Below, one piece after another: positions 37,660 through 49,400 of a stretch of DNA of 64,000 bases. Source of the DNA: Eledone cirrhosa (taxonomy: Eukaryota). The position numbers and the translations under genes are program-made. Location of the stretch: assembly GCA_964016885.1 (NCBI GenBank), contig OZ024747.1, forward strand, positions 48,236,001 to 48,300,000. The letters are read 5' to 3'. The notes below the pieces were generated by a model. That model was not told where the DNA came from. It did not search any database and was given only the letters and a program-made list of their open reading frames with translations. Within the stretch, counting starts at the first letter, position 1. Each line of letters starts with the position of its first letter.

Positions 37660-38900
37660 CACTGAATATCTCAGGAGAGTAGTAATGAAAATGTGGTCAT
37701 CAGAATTATCAGCGTACAACAAATACATTGCCCACAATACTTATGCTGTGCCAATCCTAACACCAACATTTAGCCTGCTGAACTGGCCATTGCAAGAACT
37801 AAGTGAGGTGGATGTAAGAACTCGCAAGCTTCTCAGTGTTACAGGAAACTTTAACATCAATGGTGATATGGATAGGCTATACTTCTCACGCAAGGAAGGT
37901 GGCCGGGGTCTCAAATCCATATTAACATCATACGAGACCCGAATAGTAACACTGAAGCAACAACTTCAACAGAAGAAAAAGGTCGGCAACCATCTTGCCC
38001 AGGTCTATGAGCGCGAAGAAAATAATATCATTAGAATAGCCACTGATCTGGAGGAGAGATATGGAATAAGGTCTGATATAAATCTCTCTCCCAGATACAT
38101 TGGAAGATCCTATTCAATGTTCGAACAAGATTAAAAAATGGACCAATTTTCAGAGAAAGTTGTGCATGGGTACCTGAGACGAAAAACCATAGAGGGAATA
38201 CATCATTCAAAAAGCCTAGCATGGAGTTCCGACAAGGTTATAACATCCCACCTTGAAGGATATCTCTATGCAATACAGGAACAAGAAATCCCTACCAAAT
38301 ATCTACTACACAAAAGAGGAGGGCCATCAGTCGACAATAAATGTAGGCTTTGTAAAACATAGATCGAAGATGTTAGCCACATTCTTGCCAACTGTGAAAG
38401 AATGAGGTCTCGTTACTCTCTCCCTATGAGACACAATGTGAGAGTGCATTTAGGAAAACAAAATTAAAAACAAATGGGGAGGAATATGTTGAGATAGATG
38501 GCACCAAAGAATACTGGTGGAACCTGAATATAAAAACTGCCACCAAATTAAAGCACAACCGGCCTGATATTGTTGTTTGGGACCACACATTGAAAACGTG
38601 CTCTGTTGTAGAGATCAACTGTCCACTTTATGTCAAAGGTGTAAGAAAACTACAGGAGAAGGAGAACATCTACGGGCCATTGATGAGGAGTTTGCAGAAC
38701 CAGTATCCAAGATACACCTTTAGCTTCATGCTCATCATTATTGGAGCTACAGGTTATATACCAACCCGCTTGGACCAAAGTATGACTGAACTCGGATTTG
38801 TGAACAAAGAGCGCGGCTCCCTAATTCATAGTCTACAAATGGCTGCGATAACTGACACCTTCAAAATTTGCAAAACATTCTTGCGATTCAAGGAATGACA
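37660..38900 (+). mobile_element. R4/Dong-like RLE LINE 3' fragment (different subfamily)
   Basis: RLYFSRKEGGRGL, AIQEQEI, KCRLC, RPDIVVWD..VEINCP. Confidence 0.85.
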
Positions 38901-39495
38901 ATTTCTTTTCTTTTACAATCTTGCCACCAGGAAGGTGGCCGGTCAAAAATGTACTCGAAATTAAGAGAAAGAGAAACATACATACATACTCCATTTCTTC
39001 CACTCGTTTATTTTTCAGTCTACCATACAATCGTATATCATCATTGTACTGTATTGTTCTTCCGTGATATTTTTCCATTGTTGACATTCCTATACATATA
39101 TTAATATACACTATATATTTCTCAGTGTTTGTATGGGTCCGTCTCATTTACTCCTTGATTTCTGCATTCAGAACGCTAAAAGACCAGTTCGACAATAAAA
39201 AAAGAAGCAAAACGAAAGATCGATAAAATGAACACCATACTTGAAAAAATAAGTGCAGGCGTCAATATGAACGTCTAAATCAAGGCAACACCCCAGCATG
39301 GTCGCACGCTACTGAATGAAACCAGTAAAAAAGTAAAAAAATATATATAGTACACCCACACGCTCATATATATATATATATATATATACACAGATAAATC
39401 AACCAATTAATGGTAGGGTCCAAGCCTTATGAAGAACTCAATGTTATCCGTATGTAGAAGATGTCGTGAAGCAAAGTTTAAAATACAAAATTTTC

Positions 39496-39738
39496 AAATA
39501 GTGAAAACAATGAAATTAAACAAAAAACGGTTAATTCATAGTAAAACTCATTATTTTACGATCGTTTCTGGGGGGTAGTTCCCCGTATGTCCATTCTATT
39601 ATTGATCTATGTAAAATATATTACAAAATATCATAGTAAGAAAATATACATACGTCTTCACTACCCGCCGTCTTCAGAAATAATGAGTTTTACTATGAAT
39701 TAACCGTTTTTTGTTTAATTTCATTGTTTTCACTATTT
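39496..39738 (-). ncRNA. Hammerhead with 61-bp perfect stem I and ~100-nt stem II domain
   Basis: CTCATTATTT CTGAAGA CGGCGGGTAG...CTACCCCCCA GAAA CGATCG TA^ AAATAATGAG; arms 39496-39556/39678-39738. Confidence 0.8.
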
Positions 39739-39759
39739 ATATATATATATATATATATA

Positions 39760-39995
39760 TTAGAATAGGTGCTCTGAAATAGAGATATATATATGAATGT
39801 ATATATAGTGTATTTTTCAATACACTGTATGCTTAATTAAAAGCATTTTGAAGACCTTACGCTATTGTTTTAAAGTAGCGAGTGTCACTTACTTCAATTT
39901 TCAGCAAACAAGGGGAGATAAGTCGACAGAACTCTGTTTCGTACTTGTTGGTACTTATCAAAGCTCACCACTCCCCCCTGCACGCTGAAAATGAT
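39760..39995 (-). mobile_element. Diverged copy of the 26371-26680 HHR element with decayed core
   Basis: Shared flank CATTTTGAAGACCTT..TTTAAAG; core TTGATAA GTAC..GTAC GAAA CAGAGTTCTG TC. Confidence 0.6.
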
Positions 39996-40288
39996 CAATG
40001 TTGGATTCTTATAGAATTCCAGTAATAAATTCTATAAGAATCCAACATTCATATGTCATACATCAATTTATGTATTTTATCTGAAGAGGACCTCTTGAAA
40101 AAACAGCACAGTAATATATATATAAAACAGTAATATATATAAAACATATATTTTGATTACGTGAATTTCTCCATTTATTAATATTTTGAATAATGTTAAT
40201 AACTTCAGAAAACTTCTTTGTTGAGTGCTTTTAATCTATTGTAAAACTATATTCATTGAATAATCAATGAACCTTGTGTAACATTTGG

Positions 40289-40319
<31 letters not shown>

Positions 40320-40321
<2 letters not shown>

Positions 40322-40601
40322 TAGAAGGGATATTTAATTTGTTGGAAGTCCGACAAATATAAATGTTTATAACTGATTTAGAGCACTCAACAGCATACTG
40401 GAGTAAATATTAAACTATCCAGTGAATTTCCAACCGATAAGGTGTGATTTTCATGGGTACGTCTCTATTTATAAAACAAACTTTGTATTTTACCTGATGA
40501 AAGCGTAGCAATGTTGTCTTGGTATCCTTGAAATATATAAAATATATATAATAAAATAAATATGGTTTTATAAATATAGTTTCATTTATTTAATATCATT
40601 G
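40320..40601 (+). mobile_element. Family A PLE-like element with hammerhead (40486-40558)
   Basis: CTGATGA 40494, AAGCGTA..TATCCTT, GAAA 40530; flanks homologous to 4620-5030. Confidence 0.68.
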
Positions 40602-40728
40602 TATATATATATATACATACTGTATATATATATACATACTGTATATATATATATATACCTGTTTGTACAGATCCCGTATATTTCCTTGCCTTTATTATAT
40701 TATGTGTACTTATTTTATTTGTCTACAC

Positions 40729-41392
40729 CACAGGTTCTCAATCCATTTAGGCCAAACGCCTCCTTTTGTCCCTCGAAATCATGAAACGCCCCCCCCCCCC
40801 CCGCCACCCTATTTTTTCACTTTTTCAATATACTACTGATTTTTATATCAGTAGATTACTAAAAAATTGATTAACAATATTCCAAACATGTGTGTATTAT
40901 CTGATTATGTGTTGTATGTGGTCCTAGATGTGTGTTCTACTCGCTTCTGTTTTTTTCTTTTCTTGTTTTTATTTGTAATATTATTTATACAATAGGTAAT
41001 AAAATAGATCTCCATAGTGTTAACTCGTTACGGTTGAGTCAATAATTTCAGACAAGATTCTAACTGTCTGTGCTCAAAGTGTCTTTGACCCAGTTGACTG
41101 TGGGTTTTTCCATTTTTAGGATCTCAATTACCGGACATGCCTGCACACCTGCTCACAGCTGCAGACAGCATAACTATAGTCTGACCGCAGCTGTGAGCAG
41201 GTGTGCAGGCATGTCCGGTAATTGAGACGTTAACCGGTAATTGAGATCCTAAAAAATGGAAAAAACCCAGTGCCCCCCTAACCCCCTCCCCCAGCTCCAA
41301 ACGCCCCCCTAACACGACCTTGCTCCCAAACGCCCCCCTGGAGTTCTGAAACGCCCCCCGGGGGTGCATATGCCTCCCGTTGAGAACCTTTG
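40729..41392. mobile_element. hAT-type MITE
   Basis: 8-bp TSD GTCTACAC (40721-40728, 41393-41400); TIR CACAGGTTCTCAA / TTGAGAACCTTTG. Confidence 0.88.
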
Positions 41393-41581
41393 GTCTACAC
41401 CATATCTCTTTATCTCGTATATTGTTGCATCCTATGTTTTTCTCTCTCTTCTACTGCACGACTGTACACCAACTCTAATTAACCCAAGCTTTAACTTTAA
41501 TTTATCTCTTATTCACCCTCATCTGTCTCACTCTTGCTATTTCCTTTAAGTTACCTTAAGTTAGACTACACCTAATTTAAT

Positions 41582-41772
41582 TGTTTCTACTTTTGGCACA
41601 AGGCCAGCAATTACTCAGTACATTACTGGTACTTTATTTTATCGACCCCGTAAGGATGAAAGGCAAAGTTAACCTCGGCGGGATTTGAACTCAGAATGGC
41701 AAGGGCCGTAACTCTATGCGTCAAAGCATGGCGTCCGACCCTCTACCAATACTGCCAATCTACCGCCCTACA
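41582..41772 (-). mobile_element. tRNA-derived SINE with TSD
   Basis: TSD ACTACACCTAATTTAAT at 41565-41581 and 41777-41793; homologous to 58950-59137. Confidence 0.85.
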
Positions 41773-42666
41773 TTACACTACACCTAATTTAATGTATTTA
41801 AATTTATCTCTAAACCTTCTTCACGTGTCTTATTTTGATATTCGCTTTAAGTTACCTTTAAGTTAAGTTAATTGGCAAGGGAACAACCTAATAGCTCCAT
41901 CCCGGTCAGGCATGTTGGTCCGGGGACCTTGATCGGTTTCATGGATATTTGACATAAGCTGCGGGGAACAATCCTACTGCCCAATCCCCTCCCGGACATT
42001 CCCTTTATATGTCGTAAGATTTCACTCTGACGTCCCGCTCATCGAGTGCTTAAATTTCCAATCGGACATCTAGATACGACCCATAGAGCTTGTTCAAACT
42101 GGGAACTGGCGAGGAGTACGGACGGCTACCATGCCTCCAATAATTTCGAACCAGTTAAACTATAACTATACAACATCTACGTTATATTCTCTAGTTTTAG
42201 CAGGCCTACAGGCATCTCATTTTCTTCATGGTATCGGTTATAATACTCACAGTTGTTGCAGACCTGTGGATAATATGGGGTTGGGAGGAGATGCATGTCA
42301 GTACTATTATAGCAGCCGCTGTCACTACTACTACAACAGTTACTGATAGAGGGAGGAGGGAGAAGGGCTACCAGCCGTTTTCGTTCCTTCATAAACTGAC
42401 CAACACTTCCGCTAAAATTCTTAGGTTCATATATGGGCCGGCTGTCGAGGAAAACAACACCACACGTTCGGCCATCCTGCTGTATCATGAAAAGAAAATC
42501 TTTTTCGGGGAAATTATTGGATTTTTCCAAATTTATAGGTTTCTTAGGAACTTTCAATGTTTATTTTAGGTTTTGCCCTCTAAAGAACTCAGGCTATCAT
42601 AACTGATAGTCCCCAGGGAAATATTAATAACGGAGTTTTAAATAAACCTGAATCAACTGAATACGG

Positions 42667-42794
<128 letters not shown>

Positions 42795-43156
42795 TGGAAT
42801 TGGAAATATCATGTAAAATATATTTAAGGATCTACTTTTCTTTTTTTCTTCTTTAATTCGTCAAAGTGACATTATTGAAAAAAAAATCAGAGGAACAATT
42901 CTTTTTTAAAAAAGGAGTTTTATAATGTATATAAAATAGATAAAATATAATCGGTTGTAAACCATCTTATCAAATGTTGAGTATTACAATTAAAAAGAAT
43001 TAAAGATTAAACATTTAAACTTAAATTTTAAAAAGGTCTGTTCATCTTTCTTGCTGCGAAGACTTCGCAGATCCTTAAATATATTTTCCATGCTATTTCC
43101 AGTTCCACTTTTTCTTTATAACCCCTGTTTTGTATAGAACCTTACTCCCCTTTCAA

Positions 43157-43206
<50 letters not shown>

Positions 43207-43440
43207 TTGAGTATATATTTATTTATTTATTTATATTTCCCTTAAGTCAGTATTGTTTGTTTGGGTATGGTTGTTGTTATTTCATTCGTTCTTTCTGTTC
43301 AACTTCGATCTTCTTTGTTCTATCCCAGCTGCTTCTCTGATTTGCCACCTACCTGTAGAGTCATTTCTATGCTTAGATATTATTTTTATTTCTATGCTGT
43401 CTATATTACCGTCAGGTCTTTGTCTGGCGTGTTCATATAG

Positions 43441-43476
<36 letters not shown>

Positions 43477-43483
43477 GTGCGTG

Positions 43484-43515
<32 letters not shown>

Positions 43516-43770
43516 CAGGGTGTCCCCAAAAATGTGTACACATATTTATTAGAATACTGTCGAAGTGTGTATATATTTTTTGTGACATCCTGTATACAGT
43601 GAAATTCTTTTATAACGAAATTCACGGAGTATAAAAAAATTCGTTGTAACGAAAAATTCTTTATAACGGGATCGACGTAATACACAGAGCGTGTGGCCGG
43701 GGATTGAAAAAAAATCCGTTATACTGAAAAGTTCGTTATAATGGTATTCGACATAACGGAATTTTACCTG
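43516..43770. mobile_element. Two abutting Tc1/mariner- and pogo-type MITEs
   Basis: TA-CAGGGTGTC...GACATCCTG-TA followed by CAGTGAAATTC...GAATTTTACCTG-TA with TTATAACGAA subterminal repeats. Confidence 0.68.
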
Positions 43771-44440
43771 TATATATATATATATATGTACACACACACA
43801 CACACATACATATATATGTGTATATATTTATACACACAGAAATCTAACCCCTCGCTCTCTTTCTCTCTCTCTATATATATATAGACATACACATACACAT
43901 TCACGCACATGTGTTTATCTATTCATCCACTTATTCAAAAACACACACACACATATACATACAAAAAAACACACACACATACACACAATTTAAAAACTCC
44001 ATCCTGAGGGAAAAATATTCTCAGAATGGTTAGAAAATGTTTATTTTAAAAGAATGTTTCGTTTATTCCTTAACTAAACCCTTATTTCCGATGACGGGAA
44101 CTAATAGATTATACAGTTATTCTCCAGTATAAACTCTCTGTATGGCGACACCCATGTGAGTCAAACCACGTGACCACACACACACCTGACACCCTCTATT
44201 TATACGGATTATTATGCTTATGCCTAAGTTTTGATGACATGCATACACATACAGATATGCGTGTGGCCATAGACACTCATACACACACATGTATATCACT
44301 ATATATATATATATACAGTGATACATATATATATATACTAGACCACCCGTGACCCGTTCGGTCACGTTCATTTAAAAATAATTTTAAAATAATTAAAATA
44401 TACGCAGACATGTTTATAATGTAAAATGAAATTGGAAGGC

Positions 44441-44488
<48 letters not shown>

Positions 44489-44672
44489 GAAAAAGTATGA
44501 CCCCGATGGCAGAGCTCAAGCCGTTTCGACGGCTATTTCTGAAAATAGCCGTCGAAACGGCTTGAGCTCTGCCGTCGGGGTTATACTTTTTCCTATTACC
44601 CACTCTACTACCCTAAGTATTGAATACTCTGGTGCGTTATGGCCCATTTGGTTCCTTACCACAATTCCTTCG

Positions 44673-44717
<45 letters not shown>

Positions 44718-44837
44718 CGCGTGTGTGTGTATACATACACACACACATATATATATATATACACATATATATCTTTGTAAACATATATGTGTGTGTGTAT
44801 ATACGTCTGTGACCTATATACACTGGTCACTCCCCCC

Positions 44838-44875
<38 letters not shown>

Positions 44876-45906
44876 CACACACACACCTTGTCCTAACTCA
44901 AGTTATATGATACATATGACTTAATATTCAGTCACCAAATTCGAGTTAAATACAGTAATGTTGTATTCGATTCTTTGAAGTCCCCTGTTATAATTTGATT
45001 CAAAACACCACCTGCTCTCCCCTCTTCCATTTTCTTCCCCTGTCTCCTTCTCTCTCCCTCTCTTTCTGTCTCTCTTTCAATCTACTCACTCACAACCACT
45101 ATTTCTTTCTCTCACTATCTTTCTCTTTATATATTTATGAAGGTACCCGGAAAAACCCTGTATCTAGGGAATCCATTTCAGGGGCAACTTCCTTTCAAAG
45201 TATTTTCCCATTATGCGCCGTTTTGGCTGTATTAAATTACAGACTAGCACACAATCACAGAGTTTTAGTAGTATATAGATATATAGTTCAAGAATAAAGG
45301 ATTAATACGAGAAATATAAGAATAAACGAAAAATACAAGAGTTTCGCTATGAATGTTTTAAGCTATAGTTGTGTCATAGCTATTTCGGTGGCCGTGTGAG
45401 AATGTCAGACATGTTTTGAATTTCTCTCCATCTTCAGTGGCATTTACTCCCTCGGTACCGAGAAAAGAATAAGTGGTATAGGGTTAGTAGAGTAGATGGT
45501 GGTAGTGGTTGCGATGGTTGGGATGGTTGTTGTTGCAGCTTTGGTAGTTGTGATGGATGTGAGCCTTTAACCCTTGATGGATTGTTAGAGGCGCCATCTT
45601 GACACACAGCGTGTCTGGGACATCTTAAACCCGGCGGAGCACACCGCTCCCCAGATCGGAACACAGCCGAGTTCTTCCAGAGAAAGAAAAAGAGAGCAAT
45701 GATAAAAAGAGGAATGATAAAGGAAGAATCATACTCCAATACTGGAGAGGCACTTTATTTATCGACCTTGAAAGGATGAATGGCAAAGTTGACCTCGGTG
45801 GGATTTGAATTCAGTGTGCAGTGAGCCGTGGTGATTGTAATGGTTTAAGCGGATGTGAGGTATCTGGTGATTATAAGGCTGTGGTAGTGGTGGCGATGAT
45901 TGTGGT

Positions 45907-46157
45907 TGTTGGGATGGGTGTGGTGGTGTCGATGGCCATGGTACTGTGTTGGGATGGGTGTGGTGGTGTCGATGGCCATGGTACTGTGTTGGGATGGGTG
46001 TGGTGGTGTCGATGGCCATGGTACTGTGTTGGGATGGGTGTGGTGGTGTCGATGGCCATGGTACTGTGTTGGGATGGGTGTGGTGGTGTCGATGGCCATG
46101 GTACTGTGTTGGGATGGGTGTGGTGGTGTCGATGGCCATGGTACTGTGTTGGGATGG
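45907..46157. repeat. 40-bp minisatellite, six near-identical units
   Basis: TGTTGGGATGGGTGTGGTGGTGTCGATGGCCATGGTACTG tandem. Confidence 0.93.
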
Positions 46158-46499
46158 TTGTGATTGTAATGGCGATTGTTGGGATTGTGGTTGTTGGGAT
46201 GGTTGTGATTGCAGTGCTGTGGCTGTGGGGGTGGTGGCGATGATTGTGGTACTGTGTTGGTGTCACGAGACACTGGAATGACGTCACAGTTATGTAGCTG
46301 TTGCTTGCCCTATTAACTGCACATTTCAAATGAACATCTCCGTGTATAAAAGGGGTTGAATTAGTAGACGTTGCATTTAATGAAATTACATAAACTTAAC
46401 CCCATGAAGGACGGAGTTTAGTAATTACGAATTAGTTAACAGACTGCAATATGATATCATTAAGGGCGGAGCTACATTATAAAGCACGTACTCAGCAGA

Positions 46500-47300
46500 C
46501 AGCAGTTAATATTATTAAGCGGACCTGTGAGTCGTTAGCGAATCGGATTAAATACTTCACAGTATTAGTTCCGAATCTCTGCACTCTGGGTTCAAATCCT
46601 GTTAAGGTCAACTTTGCTTTTTATCAACGCCAGCACGTGACTGATATTCTATATTTTATCGTCGTTACCGGAAGAATGGAAGGCAAAGTTGACTGAGAGT
46701 ATAGAGAGCTGGAACAGAAAACTTTGGGCCCTCCTCCACCACCACAACCACCACGCTCTAACGACTTTGCTAATTCCGCCGCCTTACAATAAAAGTACAC
46801 CAGAAAACATTTCCTATTTCCAGAAAATCCCATAATCCCACAGGATATGAAATTCATTGAACACAATATGAACAATATTATTAAATAATTCTTAGAAATT
46901 GTTTCTAAATGATTCTAATTTTAAATAAAGGAAAACTGAAATAAAGAAACAATGACAAAAAGAATAACAATAGTTTCTAATTTTGGTACAAGGTCAGTTA
47001 TTTATGGACAGAGTAAAGTTGATTACATTGACCCCAGTACTTGACCTATCGACCTCGGAAGGATGAAATGCAGAGTTGACCTCAGCAGGAACAAATAGCG
47101 TTAAGCATTTGTGCGACGCTCTACCGATTCTTACAATCCACAATCCTTATGTAAACAATTTTTAATTTGGGCACAAGGCCAACAATTTATGGGAAAGGGA
47201 AAGTTGATTAAATTGACTTGTGCGTTATTTTATCGTCGAAAAGTTGACCCCTGCGAAAAGTTGACCTCTTACTCAGAAAGTAAAGCGCCATAAATAAACG
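46500..47300. mobile_element. Cluster of degenerate tRNA SINE fragments in both orientations
   Basis: Repeated GGCAAAGTTGACC / GGTCAACTTTGC motifs of the 25128 family. Confidence 0.6.
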
Positions 47301-47317
47301 CTATAACCATTTTGCCA

Positions 47318-48155
47318 ACCCATCATCCAATAATACTTTCTTTATGACCCATCATCCAATAATGCTTTCTTTATGACCCATCATCCAATAATGCTTTCTT
47401 TCTTTATTATATTTATCTTCATTAATAATGCTTTCTTTATGACCCATCATCCAATAATGCTTTCTTTATGATCAATTATCCAATAATGCTTTCTTTATGA
47501 CCCATCATCCAATAATGCTTTCTTTATTTATTATATTTATCTTTATTAATAATGCTTTCTTTACGACCCATCATCCCAAAATGCTTTCTTTCTTTCTTTA
47601 TTATATTTATCTTTATTAATAATGCTTTCTTTACGACCCATCATCCCAAAATGCTTTCTTTCTTTCTTTATTATATTTATCTTTATTAATAATGCTTTCT
47701 TTACGACCCATCATCCCAAAATGCTTTCTTTCTTTCTTTATTATATTTATCTTTATTAATAATGCTTTCTTTACGACCCATCATCCCAAAATGCTTTCTT
47801 TCTTTCTTTATTATATTTATCTTTATTAATAATGCTTTCTTTACGACCCATCATCCCAAAATGCTTTCTTTCTTTCTTTATTATATTTATCTTTATTAAT
47901 AATGCTTTCTTTACAACCCATCATCCAATAATGCTTTCTTTCTTTCTTTATTATATTTATCTTCATTAATAATGCTTTCTTTATGACCCATCATCCAATA
48001 ATGCTTTCTTTATGACCCATCATCCAATAATGCTTTCTTTATGACCCATCATCCAATAATGCTTTCTTTCTTTACTATATTTATCTTTATTAATAATGCT
48101 TTCTTTACGACCCATCATCCAATAATGCTTTCTTTCTTTCTTTATTATATTTATC
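47318..48155. repeat. Satellite of ~28 and ~68 bp units (GACCCATCATCCAATAATGCTTTCTTTA)
   Basis: Direct inspection; reverse strand carries TAAAGAAAGCATTATT in every unit. Confidence 0.9.
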
Positions 48156-48254
48156 GTACTGTTCTGTGCCTTCTGTAATGTTTTTCTCATGTTAGCCCTT
48201 GTGGCCAATAAAGAAACCATTATTGGATGGTGGGTCATAAAGAAAGCATTATTA

Positions 48255-49400
48255 ACTGCCTGCCCTTCCTCCTCTTTAAAGGAGGATGGCGGGGCTATCT
48301 GTACAATGGAGTCAGTCGATAACCGGATCCGTCCTACACGTGACAGCAACTGTTCGACATAGCTCCACAAGTCAGCAATCCTCGGACACTGAACGAGTGC
48401 GTGCAGGACGGTTACGTCGCTCTGTGCGCATCTCGGACAGGCTCGGCTGACGGCATCTCCGTGCCTGTAGAGCTTATCCCGAACCGGCAACGCTCCCCGG
48501 TAGCACTGCCAGGCCAGGGATTTCTGGAAGTTGTCCATAGGCCCTAGGCTGAAAGTTCTCTTGAAGAGAGCGAACAGCTGATCGTCTTCGACGCCCAGGG
48601 TCTCCCCGAGAATGACGTCGCTCTTTGCCTCCACTAGCCCTCTATAGAACGCCGAGGTGGATGTTCCACCGATACTAGTGCCCAGCTGGTAGAGGGCGGT
48701 CTTTTCCTGATCCAGGAATGCAGCTCCGTCAAGGAGACAAGCTGGGGAAAAGCGTGTCTGGCAAAAGGCGACCACATCTGTTCACCGTCAAGGAAGCACC
48801 AGAGATGTCACAGCCTCAGCGCATGTTTGCGCATCATCAGCCACCGCATGCCTAGTCCTCCACGCAACAGGTGTTGACAGCAAATAGATCGTCTGACCAT
48901 GGGAGCACGTCCCTTCCACAAAAAGCGGAAGAGAAGGCGCTCCATTTTGGTCAGAGTTGGGCGGGGTACGAGAGTCAGGCGGTAGCAGATGACGGACGCG
49001 ATGTACGCATTCGCCACCTTCGCTCGATCTTTCAGAGACAACCTCCTCTCTGCCCATTTCTGGGTGAGAGAGGCCACCTTGCTCGTCACCTCACTCCAGT
49101 TTTTCTCCATCTGGAGGTCCGGACCGAACCAGACCCCGAGCAATTTAACCGGTCCTTCCGTCCAGTGCCCCACGACGCTGTCGGACGGCATGGACTTGTT
49201 TCTCCAGGTGCCGAGTTGCAAGCCCGGCGTTTCCTGGTTTATCTTTGCTCCTGTCACCGCTTCGTATTCCTTGAGAGCGGTGCCGAGCATCTGGACGTAT
49301 TTGGTGCTCGACACCACCACGTCGTCAGCGTAAGCTGACACGGATCTCCCGCATCCCAGTTCGCGTGGGACGTCTCTCATCGTCTCCAATTTGTGAAGTA
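48255..49400 (-). mobile_element. Tx1/L1-clade LINE ORF2 fragment
   Basis: AYADDV, KLLGVWFG, LSLKDRAKV, GGLG, CPRC..HALVQC. Confidence 0.9.

Noticed and set aside
40073-40145. CTGAAGA..GAAA motif in family A-like context
   Set aside because: Stem II collapsed and stem III interrupted; cannot be folded confidently
45372-45442. CTGAAGA...GAAA TAGCTA motif on minus strand
   Set aside because: Stem II pairing and cleavage triplet register are ambiguous
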